Shown here: in pieces, positions 51,924-61,116 of the stretch
How the letters are laid out: each line of letters begins with the position of its first letter
Numbering within the stretch: the stretch's first letter is position 1
NCBI GenBank assembly: GCA_965224085.1
Contig: CBDCYI010000011.1
Coordinates: forward strand, 576,001 to 640,000
Direction: 5' to 3'
Source: Candidatus Marinacidobacterales bacterium
GTDB lineage: Bacteria; Acidobacteriota; Vicinamibacteria; Marinacidobacterales; SMYC01
Length of the DNA: 64,000 nt
Position numbers and translations under genes: made by a program
Notes under the pieces: model-generated
Databases searched by the model: none
Told to the model about the DNA's origin: nothing
The model's input: the letters and a program-made list of their open reading frames with translations, nothing else

Positions 51924-52340
51924 CTACCATGGCAATCGGAGTTGTCGCGCGATGCCACGAGTTCGTGCTCGGTTTTTTCTCGGTAGTTTCGGGCGAAGCA
52001 CGTCCGAGAGTTTTTCTCGAATGTAAAGAACATAAGGCGGGTCTAGATATTGACTTTGCACTTCCTGGAGCACAGGTGAAAAATAACGAAGGGAGCGAAT
52101 GGGCTGCAGTGGCTCCTCATGTTCTTGTAGCTCCCTACGAGCGCAACCCAGAAGTAGGGCACACTCGAATTCGTGTAACGGGACTCCTTGGCGGTAGAGC
52201 TGCGTCGCGATGAAGCGGTCGTCGCGCCGTGGCCGCTCAGGTGTGTTCGGAATGGAAAGATAGAGGTCCAAAATCGTCCGGACGTAATTGTTTTCTGTCA
52301 GAGCATCGCTCGTGAGCGGTTCATTACCCAGCTTCGACAT
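51924..52340 (-). CDS. IS-borne hypothetical helical protein (138 aa)
   Basis: Intact ORF overlapping the stop of the upstream gene; YVRTILDLYL...GVPL...ALLLG..RR...IRSLRYFSPVLQE. Confidence 0.75.
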   Translation of the reverse strand: MSKLGNEPLTSDALTENNYVRTILDLYLSIPNTPERPRRDDRFIATQLYRQGVPLHEFECALLLGCARRELQEHEEPLQPIRSLRYFSPVLQEVQSQYLDPPYVLYIREKLSDVLRPKLPRKNRARTRGIARQLRLPW

Positions 52341-52738
52341 CCTTTAGCCTCCCGCGTCGGCCGCAGATACAGCATTTGGCATATCTGATACTGTCAATCT
52401 TCGTTTTCATTGAATGAGCCATCGGGCCACTAGCTTGAATTTCACGAACTCCTAGACTGCCAGAATTACTGGGGTGAATGAACCCTTGCTCCGTCACTAT
52501 TTTCGCCGCCTGGCGTAGACGATAATTCTGTTGCCGAGCCGCGTGGAGTTTTCGTGAGTTGAAACCTTTCTGGTAATTTCGGTTATTTTCGCGCTGGTTC
52601 TTATCGCCGGGTTTCGTCACGGCAGGTTGGACCGCAGTAGCACTGTCCCTGGTAACATGACTTGCAGATGAAGAAAGGCATCCCACAGCTTTTGTTGCGG
52701 CAGAAAAGCCGGAGAAGAACGACAGGTTTGGTGGCCAT
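52324..52738 (-). CDS. IS-borne Cys-rich, putative Zn-binding basic protein (frameshift at ~52603)
   Basis: MATK...FCRNKSC..FFICKSCYQGQCYCGPTC RDETRR-[shift]-KNQRENNRNYQ...HAARQQNYR...CCICGRRG. Confidence 0.7.
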
Positions 52739-52903
52739 TCGGAACTCAGCAAAGTGCTGGACGATGGCCGCCCGGATGTGAGAGGCTAGCTTCAACTTGT
52801 AGTGGAGCGCCTCCTCCGGGGGCCATCCAAACATCAGAACCCCGGTCGTTTGTAGCGGCTGGGGCTCACTATTGTCGCACAGCAGGTTCACCCTCTTCTT
52901 GCC

Positions 52904-52975
52904 GGCGCGAGACGATCTGACTGACTCGCGCCAAAGGCGCGAGAGGATGCTGGCCTCGCGCCAGAGGCGCGGGAT
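52904..52975. repeat. Three ~30-nt-period repeats, two forming CTCGCGCC-N3-GGCGCG hairpins
   Basis: ctcgcgccaaaggcgcgag (52925-43), ctcgcgccagaggcgcggg (52955-73), and half-unit ggcgcgagacgat (52904-16). Confidence 0.75.
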
Positions 52976-54445
52976 GAGGCCTTGTACACAGACATTTCCT
53001 ACCGACTCTTCCCGCAACACACGCTTTCGCTGCACTGATGCTTCGGCAAGCGTACAGGGCTACTACGTCCATTGGTCCGGTGACAGCGGGAAGATCCACT
53101 GGAGTCTCGGACCGGAGCTCTACACGCTTTCGCTCGACCCGACCCTCGAGCTCGAGGGCGAAGCGGCGCGGACTGCAATCGGTTTCATGACCGCGAGCGA
53201 CCAGCCGTCCGGGAGCATCACGCTCGTCGGTGCCCGCATCGTCACGATGGACGGGGACCGTGTGATCGAGAACGGGACCGTGGTCGTGGACGAGAACCGC
53301 ATCACGGCGGTGGGACCGTCCGATTCCGTGTCGGTGCCGTCCGGCGCCACGCGCATCGATGTCTCTGGCCGCACGATCATTCCGGGCATCGTGGACGTCC
53401 ACGCTCACGTCGGAAGCGAGAGCGGGGGTATCCTCTCGGAGCAAAACTGGAGATTCGTCGCGAACGTGGCCTATGGCGTGACCACCTCGCACGATCCTTC
53501 GAACGGTACGGAGATGGTGTTCACCAACTCCGAGATGATCCGCGCGGGCAAGAAGCTCGGCCCGAGACTCTACTCGACCGGCACGATTCTCTACGGCGCC
53601 GAAACCCCGTTCAAAGCCGTCATCGAGAAATACGACGACGCGCTCGCGCATCTCCGGCGCCTGAAGGCTGTGGGTGCCTTCTCCGTCAAGAGCTACAACC
53701 AGCAGCGTCGTGATGTACGCCAGATGATCATCAAAGCGGCGCGCGAGCTCGAGATGATGGTCGTCCCCGAAGGCGGCTCGCTTCTCTATATGGACGAGAC
53801 CTTCGTCTATGACGGCCATACCGGGCTCGAGCATTCGCTCCCCGTGCCGGTTTTATACGACGACGTCGTGAACTTGTACGGGAGAAGTCGTACCGGCTAC
53901 ACGCCCACGCTCATCGTCGGCTATGGCGGTCTCTCGGGCGAGAATTACTGGTACCAGCACGACGAAGTTTGGGCGAACGAGAACCTGCTCCAGTACACGC
54001 CGCGAGAGATCGTGGATGCGCGCGCACGTCGCCGCACGATGGCGCCCGAGGACGATTTCAACCATGTCCTGATCTCGGAAGGCGCGAAGAAGATCCTCGA
54101 CGCGGGAGGGCTCGTCCAGCTCGGCGCCCACGGACAGCTGCAAGGTCTCGGTGCGCACTGGGAGCTCTGGATGCTCGAGCAAGGCGGGATGACGGAGCTC
54201 GAAGCGCTCCGATCCGCCACGCTCATGGGTGCGGAATATATCGGCCTCGACGGCGAGCTCGGCTCGATCGAGGAAGGCAAGCTCGCCGACCTCGTCGTGC
54301 TCGGCAAAAACCCACTCGAGAACATCCGGAACAGCGAGAGCGTTCAGATGGTCATGCTCAACGGCCGGCTCTACGACGCGGCAACGATGAGCGAGATCGG
54401 GAACCATCCCAAGGAGCGAAAGCCGTTCTACTGGCAGTCTGCGCG

Positions 54446-54733
54446 ATGAGCCTGCTCATGCTTCTGCTGCTTGCTCAGTTCAACTACGATGCGAAAGAGG
54501 CGCTCGCTGTGGACGCGTCGGAGGTCGAGCTCGTCGAGGGCGCGCGCTTGCAGGAAATCTCCTATGCGAGTCCCAAAGGCGGGCGCGTCCCCGGATATTT
54601 GATCGCGCCTCAAGGCGCCGGACCGCATGCGGGCATCGTGTTCGTTCACTGGGGCCAGGGAAACCGTACCGAGTTCGTCGCGGCCACCCAGGCCGCGATG
54701 AGGCGTATCGCTTCCGACGCTACCCAGCCATAG
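54446..54733 (+). pseudogene. Alpha/beta hydrolase N-terminal fragment
   Basis: ISYASPKGGRVPGYLIAPQGAGPHAGIVFVHWGQG, ending before any nucleophile motif. Confidence 0.7.
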
Positions 54734-54872
54734 GATCCTCAGGAAGTCGACCGGTGCGGTCGCGCAGCGCTTTGTAAGCCAGCGGTTTTCGAAGTGAGAT
54801 TTGCGGAGTCTTGCAGGTCTCGCTGCTTCGCTGATAGTATGACCCATTCTCGCGGACGGTAGCGGAGGTTCG

Positions 54873-55406
54873 ATGCTACGCGCAGTTTCTTCCTTGCTCG
54901 TCGTACTCCTGGAGAGTCTCGGGGGATTGTGCTTCCTTCCAAAGATGCTCCTCGCCGACGAGGGCATTCCAGTCGAGAGCGAGTTCGTCCGCAACGCCTG
55001 CGGATCCTGCCACCCCACCGACGAGCGCAACCTGGTGAGTCGCGTCTCCTATTTGAGGAAGACACCGGAAGGATGGCAGCAGACTCTGAAACGGATGATT
55101 CGTCTTGGTCAACCAGAAAATGGAATGGCCCGCCTCGGCGGCGTCCAGTTCCCGAAGCGCTTCGTTCAATTCGAGGCGGTAGCCCTTCATCGCGGACCGG
55201 ACGGGAAGCGGTTCACGGATGACGATATCGACCTGGGACCGGTGAAGGCTGACTGGAGCCTGGAGGAGTCCGGTGCGGGGGACGCGATTCTCGTCTACGA
55301 CACCTCCACGTTGAACCTCATGCAGTCGGTTTTTGCCGGAGGCGACGTCATGCTTCCCGCGCGAGCACTTCCTCGCTCCGTGCTCACAGGGACCGACCAG
55401 TTTTGA
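54873..55406 (+). pseudogene. Collapsed quinohemoprotein amine dehydrogenase locus (alpha-subunit N-term, alpha C-term and beta-like C-term fused)
   Basis: CGSCH...RKTPEGWQQTLKRM; ARLGG..FPKRFVQFEA....GPDG...DDDIDLG; GAGDAILVYDTSTL. Confidence 0.75.
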
Positions 55407-56350
55407 CCAGACAGATAGCCGCCGCGCTCGTTTTGCTGGCGTCAATATGCGTCATGGGTCAAACGCAGTCGAAACCCCCGCGCACACCTGACGGACAGCC
55501 CGATCTGCAAGGGCTCTGGACGAACGAGACCATTACGCCGTTCGAGCGACCCAGTCAGCTTGCCGGAAAAGCGTTCTTCACGGAAGAAGAAGCCGCTGAA
55601 TTGGAGCAGCGAACGGCTCGACGCCGCGCCGAAAGCGACAGCACCCCTAGACCCGGCGTCGTCGGCAGCTACAATCGGATCTGGTTCGACTCGGGAGAGA
55701 AGGTGCTCTCGACGCGGCAAACGTCGCTCGTCGTGGATCCACCCGATGGAAGAGTTCCCGTTCGGCCCGAAGCGGAGCAGAAACGGGACTTTAACTTTGC
55801 CCACAACGCCGATTCCTACGAGTACATGAGCGTGTGGGACCGCTGCCTCTCTCGCGGGATACCGGGCTCGATGTTTCCCGCCGGCTACAACAACGCCTAT
55901 CGGATTCTGCAGGTCCCCGGATATGTCGTGATTCTCTACGAGATGATCCACGACGCGCGCATCATCCCCATCGACGCACGCCCGCACATCGCACCGAACA
56001 TCCGACAGTGGATGGGAGACGCACGCGGCCGCTGGGAAGAGGATACGCTCGTCGTCGAGACGACGAACTTCCACGACCGGGGCTGGATTGCGTCGAGTAG
56101 CGCGGGAGGACGCATCAAGGGTATTCCCACGAGCGACGCGCTTTACGTGGTCGAGCGCTTCACCCGCGTCGACGAAGACACTATCCAGTACGAAGTCACG
56201 ATCGAAGACCCGAACGTTTACACGAAACCCTGGACCGTGGCGATGCCGTTGACGCGGGATCCGGACTATCGGATCTTCGAGTACGCGTGTCACGAGGGGA
56301 ATCGAGCCGTGACGAACGTCCTCGCTGGAGCCCGCGCCCAGGAGAGGTGA
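55403..56350 (+). CDS. Conserved exported hypothetical protein
   Basis: PRTPDGQPDLQGLW, DRCLSRG, GDARGRWEEDTLVVETTNF, FEYACHEGN. Confidence 0.8.
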   Translation: MTRQIAAALVLLASICVMGQTQSKPPRTPDGQPDLQGLWTNETITPFERPSQLAGKAFFTEEEAAELEQRTARRRAESDSTPRPGVVGSYNRIWFDSGEKVLSTRQTSLVVDPPDGRVPVRPEAEQKRDFNFAHNADSYEYMSVWDRCLSRGIPGSMFPAGYNNAYRILQVPGYVVILYEMIHDARIIPIDARPHIAPNIRQWMGDARGRWEEDTLVVETTNFHDRGWIASSSAGGRIKGIPTSDALYVVERFTRVDEDTIQYEVTIEDPNVYTKPWTVAMPLTRDPDYRIFEYACHEGNRAVTNVLAGARAQER

Positions 56351-56354
56351 CGCG

Positions 56355-57016
56355 ATGCGTAAGAGCGTTCCGGCGGGCGTGACGATGGTGCTCTTGTTGG
56401 CGGCTGGGCCCTCCACCGGCCAGACGACCGATGGGACGCGGCCGCGCACCGCGTGGGGTGAGCCGGACCTCCAGGGAATCTGGACAAACGCGACCACCAA
56501 TTCACCGATCGAGCTCCCAGAGCCGGCGATCCCGGCACCTACAATCAAGTCTGGTTCGACCGGGGAACCCAGGTGGTGGCGAGCGGGCGGACGTCCCTGA
56601 TCATCGATCCCGCTCGATGGTCGTGCGCACCTCGGACCCAAAACTCCCCAGTGGCTCGGGGATGCGCGCGGACGTTGGGAGGGCGACACGCTGGTCGTCG
56701 AGACCACGAATTTCGCCGACAAGACGCACTACTGGTGGGCCGCATCCTGGCGAGCATCGCGTCCGTCCTTGCGCCTCGTCGAGCGTTTCACGCGCATCGA
56801 CGACGAGACGATCGACTACCAGTTCACGATGCACGATCCCGAAAGCTTTACGAAGCCCTGGACAGCGTCGATCCCATGACGACGAACCGGGCCGCTCGCG
56901 GCGTGACGGTCGGACAGTTGTTCGAATATGCATGCCACGAAGGGAATTACAGTATCGTGAACGTCCTCAGTGGCACACGCGCAGGGGAGCGAGCCGCGGA
57001 GACGGAACGCCGTTAA
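56355..57016 (+). pseudogene. Tandem paralog of the upstream gene with two internal deletions and frameshifts
   Basis: The same motifs (GEPDLQGIWTN, GDARGRWEGDTLVVETTNF, FEYACHEGN) are spread over different frames. Confidence 0.8.
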
Positions 57017-57117
57017 CGAAAGCCAAACCCAAGCCACTGAATTCGTCGACCGAACTGTGCCCGGACACAGTTGAGCAAAAGACGAACCAAATCGGCAACA
57101 TCCCTCGTCAACGACGT

Positions 57118-57696
57118 TCATCCGCGCGGGGCAAGAACCTCGCCGATCCTTTGGACGAGCACGTCGACTTCATCGTCCTTGAGCATCGCGGCGCCGACTT
57201 CGAGCTCTTCGACCGTCTCCACCTCGACGAACTGGACACCGGCGCTGCGCACGCCGTGGTCATAGGTATAGCGATGCGATTTCTGGATGATGACCTAGTT
57301 CTTCATGCCGCGTAGATCCGGCACCTGGCGGATGAGCTCTTCGTTCGTCCCGGTGATGCATGCGGCGGTGCCTAGCGTCATGGAGGACGTCGCTCCACCG
57401 GTCACCATCGCGGCTTCGCACCCTATTAATGATGCGAGGCGCTTGCCGACGGAATCCTGGAGCTCTTCCATGATGACGTTCCGCTGGCGGGCATATTCCA
57501 TGGCCTCGACGACTTCGGGCCACATGTTCCGTCCGCCGAGAGCGGAGTAGGCGGCTGCCGCATTGATGAAAGGCTGCACGCCGATGTCTGCAAAGTAGTC
57601 CCGTCCGATTTCCTGGGCGAGACCCGTCTGCGAGCCAATCATGGTCGACGCCGGGAGAGCACCCAATCCTTTGAGGAAAGACCTTCGGTTCGTCAT
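57118..57696 (-). pseudogene. Tat-exported SelA/DgaE-like PLP enzyme with an in-frame TAG and a large internal deletion
   Basis: MTNRRSFLKG signal, GVQPFINAA, EAAMVTGGA; KN*VIIQKSHR...VETVEE joined to C-terminal LEVGAAMLKDDEV. Confidence 0.8.
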
Positions 57697-57707
57697 AACT
57701 ACCACGG

Positions 57708-59024
57708 TCACTCTTTCGTGATCCGGTAGAGCTTCGAAGCCGTGCGGATCAGCAAGCTGTCGCGCACGACGGCGGGCGTCGAAAGCACGACCTCGTCGAG
57801 CGAGTTTTCGCCCACGACCTCGAAGTCTTTGCCGGCTTGAATCACGTAAGTCACGCCTTCTTCACTCAGGCAAAAGATCTTTCCGGCGTAAGCCCAAGGC
57901 GAAGTCGTGAAAGCGCCGGCTGTGGGAGCGATGCGTTTTTTTCCGTAGATCTCTTCACCCGTTTTCGCGTTGTGCGCTGTGAAGAAGCCGCGGTCGAAGA
58001 GCGTGTAATACGTGTCGCCGAGGATGACGGGCGAGGGGTTGTAGGAACCCGCGGTTTTTAGGTGCCAGACGATGGAGCCGTTGCTCGTCTCGCCTGTCGC
58101 GAGGCTGATGTCGCCCGAAGCGCCGGGCTTGATCGCGTAGACTGGGCGCAGGTCGTCCCCCACATAACCTGAAGAGATATAGAGAAGACCGAACTTCGAG
58201 AACGGTGTCGGGATCGCGATCGTCGACATGCCGGATAGAGACCAAAGCTCCTTGCCGCTTTGATCGTAGGAGCGGTTTTTCTTGCTCCCCGTCGTGATGA
58301 TCTCGGTTCGCAGGTCATTCTTCCAGATATAAGGCGTCGAAAAGTTGCTTCCCTCGTCGCGGCTCACGCGCCAGACGGCGTCGCCTTTTTGAGTGTCGAA
58401 CGCCGCGATGTAGGAAGCGGTCTCGTTGTCGTTGACGATGTAGAGGCGCTCGCCATCGGAGACCGGAGAGGCGGACGTTCCCCAGCCGTTGCGCGTCTCG
58501 ACCGGCTCGAGGCGTTGGTTCCAGAGAGGCTCGCCGTTGTGATCGAACGCGAACACGCCGAGATTGCCAAAATAGGCGTAGACGCGATGAGCGTCGACGA
58601 GCGGCGTCTCGGATGCGTAGCTGTTTTTGAGATGGCGCGCTTGGCTCGGATAGCCGCGATGCACTTCGCGTTCCCATAGGATCTTCCCCGAACTCCAATC
58701 GAGTGCTAAGACGATGAAGCGATGCTCTCCGGCCGGGATGTCCTGAGGGCCACCGGAGTAGAGCCCGGTCTTCGGCGCGCTGGCGGACTGACTCGAAACG
58801 ACGGAGGTCAGGAAGATGCGGTCCCCCCAAAGGACGGGTGAGGACCATCCTCGGCCCGGTATCGTGGTTTTCCAAGCGACGTTGTCCGTCGTGCTCCACG
58901 TATCGGGGAGGCCGGAAGCCTCGACTTCGCCCGATGAATGCGGGCCCCGGAACTGCGGCCAATTGTCTTCGGCGAGAGCGGTCGAGCTAGCGAGGGCGGT
59001 GAGCGCTATCCATCGAATGAGCAT
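57708..59024 (-). CDS. PQQ-like / BamB-like beta-propeller protein
   Basis: NWPQFRGP, WKTTIPGRGWSSPV, NSYASETP, WGTSASPV, TPAV...LLIRT. Confidence 0.88.
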   Translation of the reverse strand: MLIRWIALTALASSTALAEDNWPQFRGPHSSGEVEASGLPDTWSTTDNVAWKTTIPGRGWSSPVLWGDRIFLTSVVSSQSASAPKTGLYSGGPQDIPAGEHRFIVLALDWSSGKILWEREVHRGYPSQARHLKNSYASETPLVDAHRVYAYFGNLGVFAFDHNGEPLWNQRLEPVETRNGWGTSASPVSDGERLYIVNDNETASYIAAFDTQKGDAVWRVSRDEGSNFSTPYIWKNDLRTEIITTGSKKNRSYDQSGKELWSLSGMSTIAIPTPFSKFGLLYISSGYVGDDLRPVYAIKPGASGDISLATGETSNGSIVWHLKTAGSYNPSPVILGDTYYTLFDRGFFTAHNAKTGEEIYGKKRIAPTAGAFTTSPWAYAGKIFCLSEEGVTYVIQAGKDFEVVGENSLDEVVLSTPAVVRDSLLIRTASKLYRITKE

Positions 59025-59032
59025 GATGGAGG

Positions 59033-59600
59033 TTATTGACTCTGGCTCGAGCGGTCAAGCGTCGGCGCTGGTAGAGACCCGAGGACTTGCTCGACCGCAA
59101 GACCGATCGCGAGAATCTCGCGATCGTTTCCAGTGGGACCATCCAGCTCAATGGACACCGGCAAGCCTTCGTTGCTGAGTCCAGCCGGTAACACGACGCC
59201 GGGGAGGCCCGCGGTGCTGCCCGGTGCGATGTTTCGGGACATTGCCTTCGTGAACTCGATCGTCTCGCCGCCGATCTCGATGACGGAGTCGTCGGAGCTC
59301 TGGTCGATCGGGACTGCAGGAACGAGCGTCACCGGAAACAGCCTTGCGTCGACGCGGTGGTGTGCGAAATAGGCGCGCAACGTCTCTCGGAGCGCGGGTA
59401 AGTGGACGTCTTTCGCTTCTTGGTAGGCCTCGTCGGACACGCCGCTCGAGGCGCCGGGCAGGGTGTAGAGCTCGAAGCTGTTCTTGATGTCGGTGCTGAC
59501 GGCTGCGAACAGCTCCTCGAAAGAGATCCCGGCGTCGAACTCTTGTAGGTATTGCGTCACCATCGGGAGCCGAGCCTGCGTCACGACCCAAAGCAGCACC
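59033..59600 (-). pseudogene. Amidase-signature enzyme C-terminal fragment
   Basis: VDA.LFP.T..PA, RNIAPGSTAGLPGVVLPAGL...GLPV.IELDG...DREILAIG; the catalytic N-terminal half is absent. Confidence 0.75.
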
Positions 59601-60030
59601 CAACGCGACGCCCGAGCTCGAAGCGGACCAAAAGCGACAGGCTGCGACGAAGAGCTATGTAGAAGCCCGCCGCCTGTTCAACAAGCAGCATTACCGCGAG
59701 GCGTTCGGGGCACTCGAAGAAGTGATTTGCCTCGACCCCGCGGAAGCGCCTTACCAGCGACTACTCGGGCGCGCTTGCTCGACGAATCCCAAGTTGAGAG
59801 CGGCCGCGGTGGAACATTTTGAAAAAGCCATCGAGCTCGACGCTCTCGACGCCAGCTCTTACTGGTATCTGGGTGAGCTGTACGAAGACATGGGAAAACA
59901 CGGCGAAGCCAAGAACATGTTCCGCCACGTCCTTGGGCTCGACAGGAAACACACGGGCGCGAGGAAAAAGCTCGCAGCGCGCGGCGGAGTCTTCTCGGGG
60001 CTCAGATCACTGTTCAAGCGCAACCACTAG
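59600..60030 (+). pseudogene. TPR protein C-terminal fragment
   Basis: YVEARRLFNKQHYREA...LDP...AVEHFEKAIELD...YLGELY; no start or RBS. Confidence 0.65.
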
Positions 60031-60117
60031 CGCACGCGACTGCGCCGACGTCGGCCTCGACCGGCAGCCCTTCCTAAGTCAGCATACTCCATCCGTTCGA
60101 GAGAGAGGGGCAGAACC

Positions 60118-61073
60118 ATGCAATTTCGCATTCCATTAATCGCCGCAGTTTTTGCCATCGCGTCGCACGTCGCCCAGGCGCAGGATTTCGCCAGCTGGGC
60201 CGTCGAAATGAACCAGAACTACAAGATCGTGCCAGACGTCACTTATCTAGTCGCCGATGGATATGAATCGAAGCTAGACGTCATCGCGCCGCGCGACACG
60301 AGCCGGCGCCTGCCGACGCTTCTCTACATTCACGGCAGGGGTTGGGTCGGCGGCGTCAAGGACACCCACTTTCTCGACTTCCTCCCCTATCTCGAAATGG
60401 GCTTTGCGATCGTCAACGTCGAGTATCGGATGGGACGGGTGGCGTTGGCACCTGGTGCGGTCGAAGATTGCCGGTGCGCTTTGAGGTGGGTTCTCAAGAA
60501 TGCCGAGGAGTACGGTATCGACACGGGGCGCATCGTGGTGAGCGGGCACTCGGCCGGCGGCCACCTTACTCTGACGACCGGCATGCTCACCTCGAGTGTG
60601 GGCCTCGACCGTCGCTGTCCGGCCATCAATCCGGAATCTGCGGGCCGCGTGGACGCGTACGAGCCCGAGATGCCCGTCGCCGCGCTGGTCAACTGGTTTG
60701 GCATCACGGACGTGGCCGTCCTAGTGGAGGGACCCCATGCAAAAACCTACGCGGTGGCGTGGATGGGCGGCCTCGCCAATTGGCGGGAAGTGGCACGCCG
60801 GGTCTCGCCCCTCGAATATGTGCGCGCGGATCTTCCGCCGATCCTGACCCTGCACGGGGATGCGGACGACATCGTGCCTTACAGCCACGCTACCCGCCTC
60901 CATGCGGCGCTCGACAAAGCGGGTGTTCCGAACCAGCTTCACACGATCCCGGGAGGAAGTCATGGCGGCTTCAATCTGAACGAGACCTCGAAGCCATGCG
61001 CATCATCCGTGCTTTTTTGGAGCAGCACGGCATCGTCGCCGGGGCAGCACCGTCCGACAACGGTGCGCATTAG
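60118..61073 (+). CDS. Exported alpha/beta hydrolase (esterase/lipase-like), frameshift near 60985
   Basis: IHGRGW (HGGGW variant), VEYR, GHSAGG, HGDADDIVP, HGG. The natural end AMRIIRAFLEQHG is in the shifted frame. Confidence 0.82.
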
Positions 61074-61116
61074 GCGGCGCTGGCGAGGACGTCCGCGCGT
61101 GACGCCGACTACGGGT

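Larger units (their letters stand above)
50418..53056 (-). mobile_element. IS110-family element, 2,639 bp, with two accessory genes
   Basis: Flanked by a GG core (50416-17 and 53057-58). No terminal IRs or long TSD. Both ends match guide segments in the internal non-coding region. Confidence 0.9.
48650..54449 (+). pseudogene. Beta-propeller plus amidohydrolase gene split by an IS110 insertion
   Basis: The 5' half ends IKEVSGDM (50416) and the 3' half begins GYYVHW (53058). Joining them restores one frame; PGIVDVHAH and GAHG are present. Confidence 0.9.

Noticed and set aside
52904-52975. Possible mini-CRISPR array
   Set aside because: Only two and a half units with spacers of about 11 nt, and no cas genes in the window.
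52739-53057. N-terminal extensions of ORFs 52872-54449 (+) and 52601-53035 (-)
   Set aside because: Both read through the IS left end. Host homology starts at 53058 and the Cys-rich protein plausibly starts at 52738.
57295-57297. In-frame TAG in a SelA-like gene as possible recoding
   Set aside because: The context suggests a GAG-to-TAG nonsense change in a gene that also has a large deletion; no pyl or sel machinery is visible.
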